DNA from: an uncultured SAR86 cluster bacterium
Lineage (GTDB): Bacteria > Pseudomonadota > Gammaproteobacteria > Magnimaribacterales > D2472
Assembly: GCA_902515775.1 (NCBI GenBank)
Contig: CABXVU010000004.1
Location: forward strand, 2,746-66,745
Direction: 5' to 3'
DNA length: 64,000 bases
Both the position numbers and the translations under genes were made by a program. The notes beneath the pieces are model-generated. The model had not been told where the DNA came from. It worked only from the letters and a program-made list of their open reading frames with translations, and did not search any database. This document shows, piece by piece, positions 1-10,396 of the stretch (positions within the stretch are counted from its first letter, which is position 1; each line of letters begins with the position of its first letter).

Positions 1-303
1 GTTATCATCAATCACAACCCTATCCACATAAAGAAATTTTTTTAGTCTCTGTTTAAAAAATTTATAATTTTCTGATTCATATATAGAACCTTCTCTCATA
101 CAAATTATAAATCCAACGATTTCTTTATCATTAAGCATCAATAAATTATATGCACTAAGTTCGATTAACTTTTTTAGATGCTCGATAGATTCAAGCGACC
201 CAACCTCTGGAGTATTTTGCTGGTTGAGTTTAAATATTGCGTCAATTTCAAATTCACAACAATTAGAGATATTAAAAGAACTCAATCTATAATTGGTATT
301 CAT
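1..303 (-). CDS. GNAT-like acetyltransferase, partial (first 101 codons; C-terminus lies left of the window)
   Basis: My own minus-strand translation from the ATG at 303-301 stays open to position 1 (MNTNYRLSSFNISNCCEFEID...KKFLYVDRVVIDDN). It is absent from the ORF track because it has no stop in the window. The family call rests on the LYVDRVVI-type strand and is from memory. Confidence 0.4.
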   Translation of the reverse strand, partial: MNTNYRLSSFNISNCCEFEIDAIFKLNQQNTPEVGSLESIEHLKKLIELSAYNLLMLNDKEIVGFIICMREGSIYESENYKFFKQRLKKFLYVDRVVIDDN

Positions 304-336
304 ATTTTTTTACTCAAAATATAATTACTTGAGCAG

Positions 337-927
337 TTAAGATAATTCTGGGCGCTTTCCAGCAAAGTTAGCAAAGTATTCTTTTATAAATTCGAGGTCC
401 TTCTCAACATCACCTGTGGGACTAAAAAAGTCCCCGAGTTCAACAGTTTTATTTGAAAAGTCAATTCCTGCCATCATAATCCTGCTATTTGTTTCATTTG
501 CAATTCGCAAAAATCCTGTTTTTAATCTTTCAACTTTTTTTCTTGTTCCCTCTGGGGAAATGGCGATAACAAATCCTTTATATTTTTCGGTTATGTTCTG
601 AATTTCTTGCTTTAAAGCTTGAGGGTTAGCTCTATTTACAGGGATTCCTCCCATTTTTCTCAGTAGTCTGCGAAAACCTTTTTTAAATATAGAGTGCTTG
701 CCCACCCAATGAATATGAACATCTAGACTTAAGATTAGTGACATTGCAAGAACAAAGTCCCAATTTGAGGTGTGTGGACCAGCAATAAGCACCACTCGCT
801 CGTCTTTAGGAAGATGCCCAGTTGTTTTCCAGCCAGTTAGCTTCATAAGTAATTTACCAAACCATCTTAAAGGTCTTGGTCTGTATGCGCGTAAATGTTG
901 AGGAATAAAAGTTTTATATTTTCTCAT
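337..927 (-). CDS. Lysophospholipid / 1-acyl-sn-glycerol-3-phosphate acyltransferase family protein
   Basis: 196 aa with the acyltransferase HX4D box (PHTSNWD) and an SPEGTR block. Confidence 0.75.
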   Translation of the reverse strand: MRKYKTFIPQHLRAYRPRPLRWFGKLLMKLTGWKTTGHLPKDERVVLIAGPHTSNWDFVLAMSLILSLDVHIHWVGKHSIFKKGFRRLLRKMGGIPVNRANPQALKQEIQNITEKYKGFVIAISPEGTRKKVERLKTGFLRIANETNSRIMMAGIDFSNKTVELGDFFSPTGDVEKDLEFIKEYFANFAGKRPELS

Positions 928-960
928 TTGGGCTAGTCTATATGGTTTTAGTCTCTAGTT

Positions 961-1665
961 CTAACTTTTGAGGCCAGTTAAATTTTCATACTTATCTATG
1001 GCATTTAATATTTTTTTTCTTACGTCTTCTTGAGCAGATTTTTTTGTATTTGCATAAAATGGATGAGGTAAAGATGCCAGTTCTTTCGCTTTTTCCATTG
1101 CTCTATTCATGAAATCAGTCTGGGGGACAACTTCATCAATAAAGCCAACCGCAATTGAATCCTGCATAGAATAAGCATCAGAATGATAAACAGCGGGATA
1201 AAAAAAGTTCTTATTGACTCTAGCTTTAAGGATTTCCATTATTGGTGTTGGAATGTCCATGTTATTTCGAACTTCGTTTGCCTGACATATATATTCACCA
1301 TCTACTGCAATCCGATAATCTGCTGAGCAAGTAACGAATAAACCTAATGCAATTGAATGACCTGAAACTGCTGCAATAATTGGTCTATCAAATGAATAAA
1401 GCTCTAGAAGCAAACGATAGCCCATCTGAACCATCTTTGTAATCTTTTCCATATCACCAGTAGCCATTGTTTTTAAGTCAAACCCTCCGGAAAATAATCC
1501 ACTTCTACCAGTAATTACAAGCGCGCCAGTATCTCTAGGCACTTGTGCAAGTAATTCATTTACTTGAGAGAGCATATCAAATGAAAAAGCATTTGCTTTT
1601 CCATCATCAAGTTTAATTATTGATATATCGCTCTCTTGAGATAGAGTTGCAATTGAATCTGTCAT
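961..1665 (-). CDS. Enoyl-CoA hydratase/isomerase (crotonase) family protein
   Basis: 234 aa with the crotonase oxyanion-hole segment GRSGLFSGGFDL and the typical length. Confidence 0.75.
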   Translation of the reverse strand: MTDSIATLSQESDISIIKLDDGKANAFSFDMLSQVNELLAQVPRDTGALVITGRSGLFSGGFDLKTMATGDMEKITKMVQMGYRLLLELYSFDRPIIAAVSGHSIALGLFVTCSADYRIAVDGEYICQANEVRNNMDIPTPIMEILKARVNKNFFYPAVYHSDAYSMQDSIAVGFIDEVVPQTDFMNRAMEKAKELASLPHPFYANTKKSAQEDVRKKILNAIDKYENLTGLKS

Positions 1666-1686
1666 ATTATTCTTGCGTACAAATTA

Positions 1687-2007
1687 TTAGGTTGAGTATA
1701 CATTAACAAGGATTACTCCGTTTACTATTAAGAATAAACCAAAAATTACTTGCCAACTTAATCCTTGGCCATAAATAAAATAGGATAACACCGCTATAAA
1801 TAAGACGCCCAGACCACTCCAACATGCATAAACTATGGCAAGTGGTATAGCTCTTAGAGCCAATGTTAAAAAATAAAAGGAAGCGAAATAACAAACACTC
1901 ATTATTAGTGTGGGTAGCTTTTCTGAGAACTCTTTTGTAAGGGGAAGCATTAAAGTTCCTGCAACTTCAAAAACAATTGCTCCAAGAAGTGATAAATATG
2001 CTGACAT
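1687..2007 (-). CDS. SMR family small multidrug-resistance transporter
   Basis: 106 aa with four predicted TM helices and a conserved Glu in TM1 (IVFEVAGT). Confidence 0.7.
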   Translation of the reverse strand: MSAYLSLLGAIVFEVAGTLMLPLTKEFSEKLPTLIMSVCYFASFYFLTLALRAIPLAIVYACWSGLGVLFIAVLSYFIYGQGLSWQVIFGLFLIVNGVILVNVYST

Positions 2008-2143
2008 TGGTAAATTGTGTCTTAATTATAAATATTGTCTAGAAAAGTATTCTGTATTTTAACAATAAGCAATAATTTTTTTCTGTTTATTCATGGTTTA
2101 ATATTTATACGAATTAATAAACTTTTTTCTAGGAGAAACAAAA

Positions 2144-2740
2144 ATGTATAAAAAATTTAGCTTATTTTCTTTATTTATTATTTCTATCTCAATGTCTCTT
2201 TCAGCTTATGAGCCTTATGGATCTCATGCTTCAGATAAATGGCAAATATGGGCTTACTCAACTGCAGCTCCATCTTTTTTGGGTGATAAAGCAACTATTA
2301 TCGGCAGCAATGGAAAAGTAATACGCGAAGGCACAAACGGATGGACCTGCCAAGCAGGAAATCCAAGACCAGTTCCTGCCAAAGGTTGGAAAAGCGCGCA
2401 TGATGCCATGCCAGCATGCTTTGACTCAGAAGGTGCAAAATGGATGGCAGCATTTATGAAGAATGAGAAGCCTCAACTTTCTCGCTATACTTTCATGTGG
2501 ATGTTGCATGGAGACGTTGGCGAGGATAATACAACTCCTTTGGTATTAAACAAAGAGGACTCTACTCCAGGTGAGTGGATTGAATCTGGACCTCATTTAA
2601 TGTTGATACCAAAAAATGCCTCAGAAGTTGCGGACTTTACTGATGACTTCATGCATGGTGAGCCATATGTAATGATGCGAGACACAGACTATGCTCACAT
2701 CATGATTCCTACAGAAGGATATTACAAATATACTGAGTAA
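2144..2740 (+). CDS. Secreted hypothetical protein
   Basis: 198 aa with an N-terminal signal-like segment (FSLFSLFIISISMSLSA) and an AGGAG-like RBS upstream. I recognised no family. Confidence 0.55.
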   Translation: MYKKFSLFSLFIISISMSLSAYEPYGSHASDKWQIWAYSTAAPSFLGDKATIIGSNGKVIREGTNGWTCQAGNPRPVPAKGWKSAHDAMPACFDSEGAKWMAAFMKNEKPQLSRYTFMWMLHGDVGEDNTTPLVLNKEDSTPGEWIESGPHLMLIPKNASEVADFTDDFMHGEPYVMMRDTDYAHIMIPTEGYYKYTE

Positions 2741-2755
2741 TTAAGTTAGATCGAT

Positions 2756-2783
2756 GAGTCTCCGCTGGATTAAGCGGAGTCTC
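2756..2783. terminator. Hairpin between convergent genes (possible bidirectional terminator)
   Basis: gagtctccgc-tggattaa-gcggagtctc: a GC-rich stem with one mismatch. It overlaps the pssA stop region and lies between convergent ORFs. Confidence 0.3.
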
Positions 2784-3504
2784 TATTTGAGCTATTTTGC
2801 CAAGCTATTATAGATATAGGTATAGTAAATAAGTATATCAAGGCTAATATATTTACCGTTATCCAAAGAAAGTTAATTATGCTAAGAGCAATTATGGAAA
2901 ACAAAATTAAAAACCCCAGCTTAGATTGAATAATAAGTTGCTTTCTTTTTATTGAAAATGTTGGAATTCTACTTACTAATAAGCCGCTTATTAGAATAAT
3001 ATAGCCAGCTACAAAATTAAGGTTTTCATAGGCCCAGTTATAACCCATGAATGAATGGGTTAATGGCAACATAATCAAAATTGCTCCAACAGGGGTTGGA
3101 ATGCCACTAAAATAATGCTCTGGGTCTCCTTCATCAGTTTTTGATTTCTCTAGCTGGACATTATATAAACCCAACCTCAAACAAGAAAATATAATGAAAG
3201 CCAGTGCAGCAAATGCACCTATGCTTTCTTGATTAAATATGGACATATAAATCAATAATCCAGGAGCAATTCCAAAGCTTAAAAAATCTGACAAAGAATC
3301 TAACTGAGCGCCGAGGTCTGATTCGCTTTGAAGATGTCTAGCTAACATACCATCCAAAACATCACATAAGCCCGCAAAAAGAATGCAAATAATGGCTAAA
3401 TTAAAATCCGACTCTAAAGCAAATCTAATTGAGCTCAAACCAAAGCTTAAGCCAGACAAAGTAATAATATTTGGCAATAAAATTTTTAAATCTAATTTCT
3501 TCAT
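2770..3504 (-). CDS. pssA: CDP-diacylglycerol--serine O-phosphatidyltransferase
   Basis: 244 aa, polytopic. Carries the CDP-alcohol phosphatidyltransferase motif DVLDGMLAR...GAQLDSLSD. Sits directly upstream of psd. Confidence 0.85.
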   Translation of the reverse strand: MKKLDLKILLPNIITLSGLSFGLSSIRFALESDFNLAIICILFAGLCDVLDGMLARHLQSESDLGAQLDSLSDFLSFGIAPGLLIYMSIFNQESIGAFAALAFIIFSCLRLGLYNVQLEKSKTDEGDPEHYFSGIPTPVGAILIMLPLTHSFMGYNWAYENLNFVAGYIILISGLLVSRIPTFSIKRKQLIIQSKLGFLILFSIIALSIINFLWITVNILALIYLFTIPISIIAWQNSSNRDSA

Positions 3505-3506
3505 TT

Positions 3507-4172
3507 CTAGTTTAAGGACGCTAGGATTGATTCTCCTGCGACTACCTTGTCTCCAACCTTACATTTTTCAACAGCATCCAATGGCAAGTAAATATCAACC
3601 CTAGAACCAAATCTTATAAGTCCAAATCTTTCTCCCTGATTAAGAAGCATATTAGGTGAAATAAAACTTAAGATTCTCCTAGCTATTAATCCTGCAATTT
3701 GAACTACTATAATTTTTGTTCCATTTTGAGTATTTAAAACTAAACTGCTTCTTTCATTTTTATCACTTGCTTTGTCTAAGCTAGCATTTAGAAATTTGCC
3801 TTCTTTATACACAATATGATCAACATTTCCCTGAACAGGGCTTCTGTTTACATGAACATTGAACACGTTCATAAAAACACAGATTCGCTTCATCTTTTGT
3901 GATTCTATTGGTAGCTCTTCTGGAGGGTAAGCTTCATCAATTAAACATACCTTTCCATCTGCTGAACTAATAATTAAATTTTCATCCTGTGGGGTATTTC
4001 TTTTAGGGTCTCTAAAAAACCATAGAACAAAAAAAGTAAGAAAAAATCCAATTATTGCTATCAAAATGGATGCAGATAAGTAGAAAAGAATTATGGAACT
4101 TACAAATAAAATTCCTGCAAACTTCCATCCTTCTGGATGAATAATATATCTTTTTTTATGAATTTTTTTCAA
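3507..4172 (-). CDS. psd: Phosphatidylserine decarboxylase (short, archaetidylserine-decarboxylase-like type)
   Basis: 221 aa with an N-terminal TM region and an FGSRVD self-cleavage-site-like motif near the C-terminus. Spaced 2 nt from pssA. Confidence 0.8.
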   Translation of the reverse strand: MKKIHKKRYIIHPEGWKFAGILFVSSIILFYLSASILIAIIGFFLTFFVLWFFRDPKRNTPQDENLIISSADGKVCLIDEAYPPEELPIESQKMKRICVFMNVFNVHVNRSPVQGNVDHIVYKEGKFLNASLDKASDKNERSSLVLNTQNGTKIIVVQIAGLIARRILSFISPNMLLNQGERFGLIRFGSRVDIYLPLDAVEKCKVGDKVVAGESILASLN

Positions 4173-4233
4173 TGATTAAATCTCAAATTAGTCGAGCATT
4201 TTAAGGTATAAAAAGATCTTTTAAAAATCTAAA

Positions 4234-5547
4234 TTAACTAAAACCAATGAGTTGGCTATATAAAATTAGGAATGCCATGGAAACTTGTAAGATCAAAGTG
4301 ATCCATAAAATCATCTTTGTAACTGGTTTGGGCTGCAATTCCATGCTTAATTTACTTGTAAGATATATAGCACCTATATTTATTATTGGAAGACCAACTG
4401 CTGCCCAAATTCCTGCGATCAATAATAGAGTGATTGGATTAGGAAGCAAAAAATAAGCAATGCAAGAAAATAAGGGTACAACTAATGCAATAATTTTAAT
4501 TAAATGCTTGCGGGTATTTTTTTGCTCATCAACAAATCCAATTGAGATTAAATAGTCTGAAATAGTTCTTGTAAATGCTGCAGTCCCTGAGAGTAGAGTA
4601 GAAAAAAGAACAAAGAAGGCGAGAGGAATAAAAAACCATTTGGCCCAGGTTCCTAAGATAGAGGTAAACATATTCAAGAGAGTTTGAATAATATCGCCAT
4701 CTGGTGGAGGATATAAACCCAATGTATTTAAGACAGCTGCACCTAAAAGAAAAAATGGAAGAGTGCCAATGGTTACAAAAAAGACTGTTGCCCAAACATC
4801 TGTTTGCATGACTTTAATCCATGCTTTCAGTTGGTTTAAATCATCGCCATGTTTGGCATAGCCTTTTTCTAGACACCAGTAAGTATATGCCATAATTTCA
4901 CCGTAACTGATTCCAGTGAAACCAAAAACTGCTAAAGCCAGTGCTGCATGTTCAAATGGAAATGTAAACGAAAAGCCGCCTAGAATTTGAGAGCCAGTAA
5001 TTGCATATGGAGTAGATTGCATTGCAATAGCGATCACCAGTGTAACCACTGAAAAAAAGAAAACCATGCCGAGAAGAAGTTTCTCCAGTGTTTGATAAGT
5101 TCCAAGATATAAAATAAACCAGGTAATAAAACATGCTGCTATAACCCATGTTTCTACGCTAAATATCGGTACCATCATGTGCCCAGCTTCTGCAACAGCT
5201 CCTGCAAGACCGCCCATGCCTGCAACAGAGGGCACTACACCTATAAACATAAACCAAACTAGCCAAGAGGCTTGTTTACCTCTGAAATTTGTTTTTGGTC
5301 CAGGCATATCTGAAAAAGCTTCTAAAAAAGTCTTATTTGTAGCAATTACATATCGACTTATTTCAGCTTGAATTAGTGGTTTGCTCCAAAGACTTAATAA
5401 AAGCCACCAAAGTAAGGCAAAGCCAGTTGCAGCACCAAGCAATGGCGATAAAGCAATTGAACCGCTCCCCACAACACTGCCAGTTACAATAATGCTAGGC
5501 CCAATAAATTTTAAACGCTGTATTAAAGTAGATGGTGTTTTATTCAT
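4234..5547 (-). CDS. Nramp-like polytopic membrane transporter
   Basis: 437 aa with about 11 TM helices. The N-terminal GPSIIVTGSVVGSGSI...LLW segment resembles Nramp/MntH-type transporters. Family call is from memory. Confidence 0.5.
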   Translation of the reverse strand: MNKTPSTLIQRLKFIGPSIIVTGSVVGSGSIALSPLLGAATGFALLWWLLLSLWSKPLIQAEISRYVIATNKTFLEAFSDMPGPKTNFRGKQASWLVWFMFIGVVPSVAGMGGLAGAVAEAGHMMVPIFSVETWVIAACFITWFILYLGTYQTLEKLLLGMVFFFSVVTLVIAIAMQSTPYAITGSQILGGFSFTFPFEHAALALAVFGFTGISYGEIMAYTYWCLEKGYAKHGDDLNQLKAWIKVMQTDVWATVFFVTIGTLPFFLLGAAVLNTLGLYPPPDGDIIQTLLNMFTSILGTWAKWFFIPLAFFVLFSTLLSGTAAFTRTISDYLISIGFVDEQKNTRKHLIKIIALVVPLFSCIAYFLLPNPITLLLIAGIWAAVGLPIINIGAIYLTSKLSMELQPKPVTKMILWITLILQVSMAFLILYSQLIGFS

Positions 5548-6178
5548 TATTTTTTCTTATAAGCACTATATCTTTCGATCTTATCTCACAAATCCAATTC
5601 CTTTGTGAAGCTATCACTTCAAAAGTTTTTTCACAATAAAAGGTTACGTGCGTTGGATCTCTTCGATAATACCAATTTTCAAACATTACGTCTGAGGTTA
5701 AAAATGAAGTCATAATACCCAACCACCCATTTGGCTTAAGAAGGGCATTTAGTGTATTAAATTCATTCCAAGGATTATGGAAGTGCTCTACAGTTTCTGT
5801 GCAAGTTATAAAATCGTATTGCTTGGTCAAAACATCTTTGTTTGGATAAAAGAATGGATCATATAAAGAAACATTGAAGCCATCTTTTTTTAAAATGTCT
5901 GCTAGGGCAGGACCATGGCCACATCCAAAATCAAGCCCAGTGGAGTTCGGTAGAATTTTTTCTTTTAAGGGCCTTGCAAGCTTTGATAGAAATGATCTGT
6001 ACTCAGGATCATTAATTTCATTATTGTGCTCTAAATAACGCTCTTTCTCATCAAGGCTTGAGGGCAAATAATCTTCATCTAAAAATTTGCCATTGCAATA
6101 AAGACAGTTCCAGTAAGTTTTTTGATCAGAGGTCTGAAAGCTTTCAACATGCTCTGAGCCACAAATTTTGCAAAGCAT
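5540..6178 (-). CDS. Class I SAM-dependent methyltransferase with N-terminal zinc ribbon
   Basis: 212 aa with CKICGS...CLYCNG cysteine pairs followed by SAM motif I (LDFGCGHG). Confidence 0.7.
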   Translation of the reverse strand: MLCKICGSEHVESFQTSDQKTYWNCLYCNGKFLDEDYLPSSLDEKERYLEHNNEINDPEYRSFLSKLARPLKEKILPNSTGLDFGCGHGPALADILKKDGFNVSLYDPFFYPNKDVLTKQYDFITCTETVEHFHNPWNEFNTLNALLKPNGWLGIMTSFLTSDVMFENWYYRRDPTHVTFYCEKTFEVIASQRNWICEIRSKDIVLIRKNNE

Positions 6179-6180
6179 TT

Positions 6181-6564
6181 CTAAATTATTTTTTTAATTC
6201 CATCAATTGAACTGAGCATGCCATGATGAATGCTTTCTGCAAAAATATCTGGCGAGATCTCAGTGATCCAGGTCAATAAGCACTCTTGCTCATTGATTGG
6301 AAATATTTGCATAGTTGCAAGATGATGTTCTATTGGTGCGGGTGTCTCAATAGCAGAATATTGAAGAATCATTTTTTGCTCATGACACTTAAGTATTTTT
6401 TCTTTAATCTTGCCCATTCCTTTCATTTCAAAGGACCGACAGTCGTCATTCAATATAATTTCTTCAATAGAGGGGACCCAATCACTTCTTCTTAGATCAG
6501 ATAAAATTGCCCATAATTCATTTGCTGGACATTGGAGTTTGATTTCTTCTTTAAGTATCTTCAT
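6181..6564 (-). CDS. SRPBCC (START/polyketide-cyclase-like) family protein
   Basis: 127 aa. Size and sequence pattern resemble SRPBCC proteins. Weak call. Confidence 0.4.
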   Translation of the reverse strand: MKILKEEIKLQCPANELWAILSDLRRSDWVPSIEEIILNDDCRSFEMKGMGKIKEKILKCHEQKMILQYSAIETPAPIEHHLATMQIFPINEQECLLTWITEISPDIFAESIHHGMLSSIDGIKKII

Positions 6565-6579
6565 AAATTTTCAAGACTT

Positions 6580-7059
6580 TTAGTATTCTTGAAAATTTTT
6601 CTCTCGAACATAACCAACTCTTGTTGTTTTGAAATGCTTTAGTGGAATCCCAAGGCGATTGATTGTATCGATGACACTTTTTGAAACATTACCGTAAATT
6701 TCAATTGTAAAGCCATCAGCCAACTCAGCATGCTTTGCAACATATTCTTGTACCGGTGGGTTGGCATCATGTTTTATAAAAGCATTGCTATTTGAATAAA
6801 CCTCTGTCCATGTAAATGCTAGAGGATCATCAGGATCTGCATCGAAATTATGAAAAAGCATGCCTGGCTCACTCAATTCAACAGCTTTATCAACCTCATC
6901 AGCTATCTCTAGGTACTCATCCACCATGTCTGGTTTTACTTGAATGCGAGCAATGAGAATAAATGGATTTTGTCCATCCATAACCAAGTCTTCATGGTGT
7001 CCTGCATGAATAAAATTTATTGAGAAGGCAAGGATAGAAATAGTAAGAAAAAATTTCAT
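6580..7059 (-). CDS. Secreted ABM (antibiotic-biosynthesis-monooxygenase-like) domain protein
   Basis: 159 aa with a signal peptide (FLTISILAFSINFIHA) and a ferredoxin-like ABM pattern. Weak call. Confidence 0.4.
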   Translation of the reverse strand: MKFFLTISILAFSINFIHAGHHEDLVMDGQNPFILIARIQVKPDMVDEYLEIADEVDKAVELSEPGMLFHNFDADPDDPLAFTWTEVYSNSNAFIKHDANPPVQEYVAKHAELADGFTIEIYGNVSKSVIDTINRLGIPLKHFKTTRVGYVREKNFQEY

Positions 7060-7104
7060 TTTATAAATAAATAATTAAAAAATTTATTCTAACGCATTGA
7101 TTGA

Positions 7105-7467
7105 TTATTTAGCATACGAATTTGCGCCGAGGAAATGAATCGAAACATAGGGCTCATCTCCAACCACCCAGCTATCGTGTGGTCTGGAAGGGACATAAAA
7201 AATATCTCCTGCTTTCATGACGGTAGTTTCTCCATCTGGGAATGATGCTGTTGCACTTCCTGAAACAACCATACCAACATGTTCAACGTCACAGAAGGGT
7301 TTTCCTATACCAGGTCCAACATCTTCAGACCATTTCCAGCCAGGTTGATATGTCGCCCTTCCTAAAACCATATTATTGATAGTAATTTTTTCAAATTTAC
7401 CTTTTGCAAAGTTTGTAATCTCGTCGGGTTGGTCAAATCTTTTTAGTATTACTTCTAAGTCTTCCAT
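7105..7467 (-). CDS. Cupin domain protein
   Basis: 120 aa with cupin-like strands (GDIFYVPSRPHDSW). Confidence 0.55.
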   Translation of the reverse strand: MEDLEVILKRFDQPDEITNFAKGKFEKITINNMVLGRATYQPGWKWSEDVGPGIGKPFCDVEHVGMVVSGSATASFPDGETTVMKAGDIFYVPSRPHDSWVVGDEPYVSIHFLGANSYAK

Positions 7468-7470
7468 TTC

Positions 7471-7833
7471 TTATTGCTCCGCTTGTAATAAAACTTCTTG
7501 TGGTATGCAAAATGCTGACCTCTCAAGCTGCCATATTTTTGAAATCATGTTTTTATTAAGAATCCCATAAAAATGAGGAAATTTACCATGCCTATTAATA
7601 GATTTGCTCGAAAATTCGTATTTTAAATTATTTTTAATTTTAGATTTATCGATCTGCAGCAGAACCACCCTTTTCTCATTCTCAAAATACAATGAAAGAG
7701 ATGCATTTAACTGAGACGCTTTGGACAGATGGACAAATCCATCTTTAAGATCAAGCTTAGTTATAATTTTTGATGAAACTTTTCCTTTCATCCATTCATC
7801 TTCAGTTAATATTTTATAAACATCATTTATCAT
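7471..7833 (-). CDS. DUF952 family protein
   Basis: 120 aa with the DGFVHLS and FPHFYG signatures I associate with DUF952. Confidence 0.55.
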   Translation of the reverse strand: MINDVYKILTEDEWMKGKVSSKIITKLDLKDGFVHLSKASQLNASLSLYFENEKRVVLLQIDKSKIKNNLKYEFSSKSINRHGKFPHFYGILNKNMISKIWQLERSAFCIPQEVLLQAEQ

Positions 7834-7877
7834 GTTTTATCTTACTCATGATTGAATAAATAAAATTCTTTTCGAAA

Positions 7878-8717
7878 TTATTCTTTTGTATGTGTAATTG
7901 GTGGACCAAAGATTACTTTTATTATTTCAATGAAACTATTTTTCTGCTTTAAATCATTGATCATAGACATCCATGCCATAAAGGTAACTTTAACTGGATT
8001 GAAAGTATTAACATTATTTACAAGTCCAAAATTCACTTCCTCATCTTCCGGCTCAAAGGTACCAAATAAGCGGTCCCAGATAATTAATAAATTTCCGTAA
8101 TTTTTATCTATGTATTGTTTATTTGAGCCATGGTGAACCCTGTGGTGGGATGGGGTATTAAAAATCCATTCAAGCGGTCCCAATTTACCAATAACTTGAG
8201 TATGTCCAACTATTCCCCACAAGGTACTTATTACTCCTGCTACAGCAATTATAGTTGGATCAAATCCTAGTAAGGGCAATATCATAAAAAAAGGTATCTT
8301 AGAAATTGGTCCAAACCAAGCCTGCCTAAACGAAACTGCGAAATTCATTTCCTCACTTGAATGATGACTGAGATGAATAGCCCAAAGAAATCTAATGCGA
8401 TGAGACATTCTGTGATAAACGTAAAAGACTAAATCAATGCTTATAAATGTAATGATCCATAAAGCCCAAATAGGAATCTGATTTACAAATTCAAATATCC
8501 TAAACTGATATAAGTAAATATGAAAAGCTAAAACCATGCCTTTGATTGCAAAGGCAACAATTATGTTTCCTGAAAGTAAGCCAATGGTGCAGAGTGTGTC
8601 ACCGCTTTTATAAAAGTTTTGGTTTCTAAAATTTGAAATTAGAATTTCTATAAAGATCATCGTCAGAACTATTGGGACACCTATAGCATAAACTTCATTT
8701 ACAGATATTGTGGTCAT
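7878..8717 (-). CDS. Fatty acid hydroxylase / sterol desaturase family membrane protein
   Basis: 279 aa with three His boxes (HRMSH, HLSHH, HHRVHH) and several TM helices. Confidence 0.8.
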   Translation of the reverse strand: MTTISVNEVYAIGVPIVLTMIFIEILISNFRNQNFYKSGDTLCTIGLLSGNIIVAFAIKGMVLAFHIYLYQFRIFEFVNQIPIWALWIITFISIDLVFYVYHRMSHRIRFLWAIHLSHHSSEEMNFAVSFRQAWFGPISKIPFFMILPLLGFDPTIIAVAGVISTLWGIVGHTQVIGKLGPLEWIFNTPSHHRVHHGSNKQYIDKNYGNLLIIWDRLFGTFEPEDEEVNFGLVNNVNTFNPVKVTFMAWMSMINDLKQKNSFIEIIKVIFGPPITHTKE

Positions 8718-8720
8718 AAA

Positions 8721-9338
8721 TTAACTTATTTTTCTTACTCTGATAGCAACTTTTTTACCTGTTACTTTTAAAATGTGTCCACTAAAAACAGCTTTGGAAA
8801 TAATCACTTTTTGCGATTTTTTTACTGGCAACCTATTATATACAGACTCTACAGATCTCCAGACCTGGCCATTATCAAGAGTAATATCAATTTTATAATT
8901 TCCTGTCTTTTTTACACTAACTATAGTTCCTAAGACATCTTTTTCCTCTTTTCTTAGCTGCCTTTCTATTTCTTGTGCTTTTTTTAATTCGCTTTTTACC
9001 TTTTTCAATTCACTTTCAGTCTCTTGAATTTTAATTTGAGCTTGTTTTAGCTCCTGATAGGGTTCAACAGACTGAATCGGTTCAATTGTAATTTTATTAG
9101 GAGGAGGCTTATAGTAATTTTCTGCCTTTTCCATTGATGGCGCACTTTCTTTCTTTTTCTGAGAAGGCGAACTTAAAAGAAAACTGTCATAACATTTTAG
9201 TCTTAGATTAGGATCTTCAATTTTTGCACATTCTGCAATACTTTTTTCATTTGAGAATGAAAAGCTGCTAAGGGCAAACATGCCTAGACAAAATATGGCT
9301 ATAAGTTTCATGTGTTTTGTCAGTATATCAAAATGCAA
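8721..9338 (-). CDS. Secreted coiled-coil hypothetical protein
   Basis: 205 aa with a signal-like N-terminus, a central charged coiled coil (ELKKVKSELKKAQEIERQLRKEEK) and a C-terminal beta-rich domain. Confidence 0.5.
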   Translation of the reverse strand: MHFDILTKHMKLIAIFCLGMFALSSFSFSNEKSIAECAKIEDPNLRLKCYDSFLLSSPSQKKKESAPSMEKAENYYKPPPNKITIEPIQSVEPYQELKQAQIKIQETESELKKVKSELKKAQEIERQLRKEEKDVLGTIVSVKKTGNYKIDITLDNGQVWRSVESVYNRLPVKKSQKVIISKAVFSGHILKVTGKKVAIRVRKIS

Positions 9339-9364
9339 GGAGTTAGATTTAATAAAAAGATTGT

Positions 9365-10396
9365 TTACCGGTCAAACAATAAATCAATTAATAATTTATT
9401 AAATTCAACAAATGCTTGATTTACTTCAAAAGAAATATCTACCATTTCATTAAAAGGGCCATCACAAATTTCAGTGATATTCCTTCTTATAACAAAATTA
9501 AGCGCTTCATACTTTCGTATAATTTCTGAATATTTTTCTGGGGCATTAATATTTTGAGGATATATAGATACTACTCTTTTTCCTGAAGAAATAGCTTCTG
9601 ACAACATTGTTGAGCTATCTTCAGTGACAAATATACTTGATGCTATGTACAAAAGATGAGAAAAACTGCCTCTTTTATTCTCAGAATGAAATAGGACTGA
9701 AAAAGAGGTGTCATATTTTGATTGAATGATATTTTCAACTTCAGTAGGTGTCCTTGGTGAGGTAATGAAAAGAGGTTTTGTATTACTGTTTGTGCAGAAG
9801 TCAGAAAAATTCCTTAAGATTTCCTCCCATTCATTCATATCATATTCATATCCAATTCCATTTCCTCCCAGTATCAATAATGAAAACTTATCTTCATTTA
9901 AATTATTTTCTTTAATGAAAGTCTGTCCTGCCTCCATGCACTTTGCGGGATCAAATAAATTTGGCACAATATCTGGGCTTAGATTGTTTCTTAGAGGTGA
10001 AATCTTTTTTGTTGTTATGTATGCCGTAAAGTCTTGGATATGCCAGTCTCGTTTTGAGCTTAAGTGAATATTTTTTGCATTATTTTGTTTTGTAAGTGCC
10101 AAATTTAAAGGGGCAAGATTTGCTCCAGAAGATATAAAAATATCTATATTCCTAAAGGATGAAAATGCATAACACATGGTTATTAAATTTATATTAATTG
10201 GATTTGGAAATCTTGATAATTTTCTTGATATGAATTTTAAAACTCCCCTCGTAAGCCTATTGCTCCATCCAACAGAGATAGTTGTTACATTTATGTTATA
10301 ACCGGAATCAACTAAATTTTTTATAACCCCTAAAGCTTGGCCATCATGCCCAGAAATACCTTCGGTAAGATGGCCAATATTAATCTGCATATTCAA
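9365..10396 (-). CDS. ELM1/DUF1022-like putative glycosyltransferase-associated protein
   Basis: 343 aa. The N-terminal GISGHDGQALGV pattern resembles ELM1-family proteins. Overlaps the GT4 gene by 17 nt. Call is from memory. Confidence 0.4.
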   Translation of the reverse strand: MNMQINIGHLTEGISGHDGQALGVIKNLVDSGYNINVTTISVGWSNRLTRGVLKFISRKLSRFPNPININLITMCYAFSSFRNIDIFISSGANLAPLNLALTKQNNAKNIHLSSKRDWHIQDFTAYITTKKISPLRNNLSPDIVPNLFDPAKCMEAGQTFIKENNLNEDKFSLLILGGNGIGYEYDMNEWEEILRNFSDFCTNSNTKPLFITSPRTPTEVENIIQSKYDTSFSVLFHSENKRGSFSHLLYIASSIFVTEDSSTMLSEAISSGKRVVSIYPQNINAPEKYSEIIRKYEALNFVIRRNITEICDGPFNEMVDISFEVNQAFVEFNKLLIDLLFDR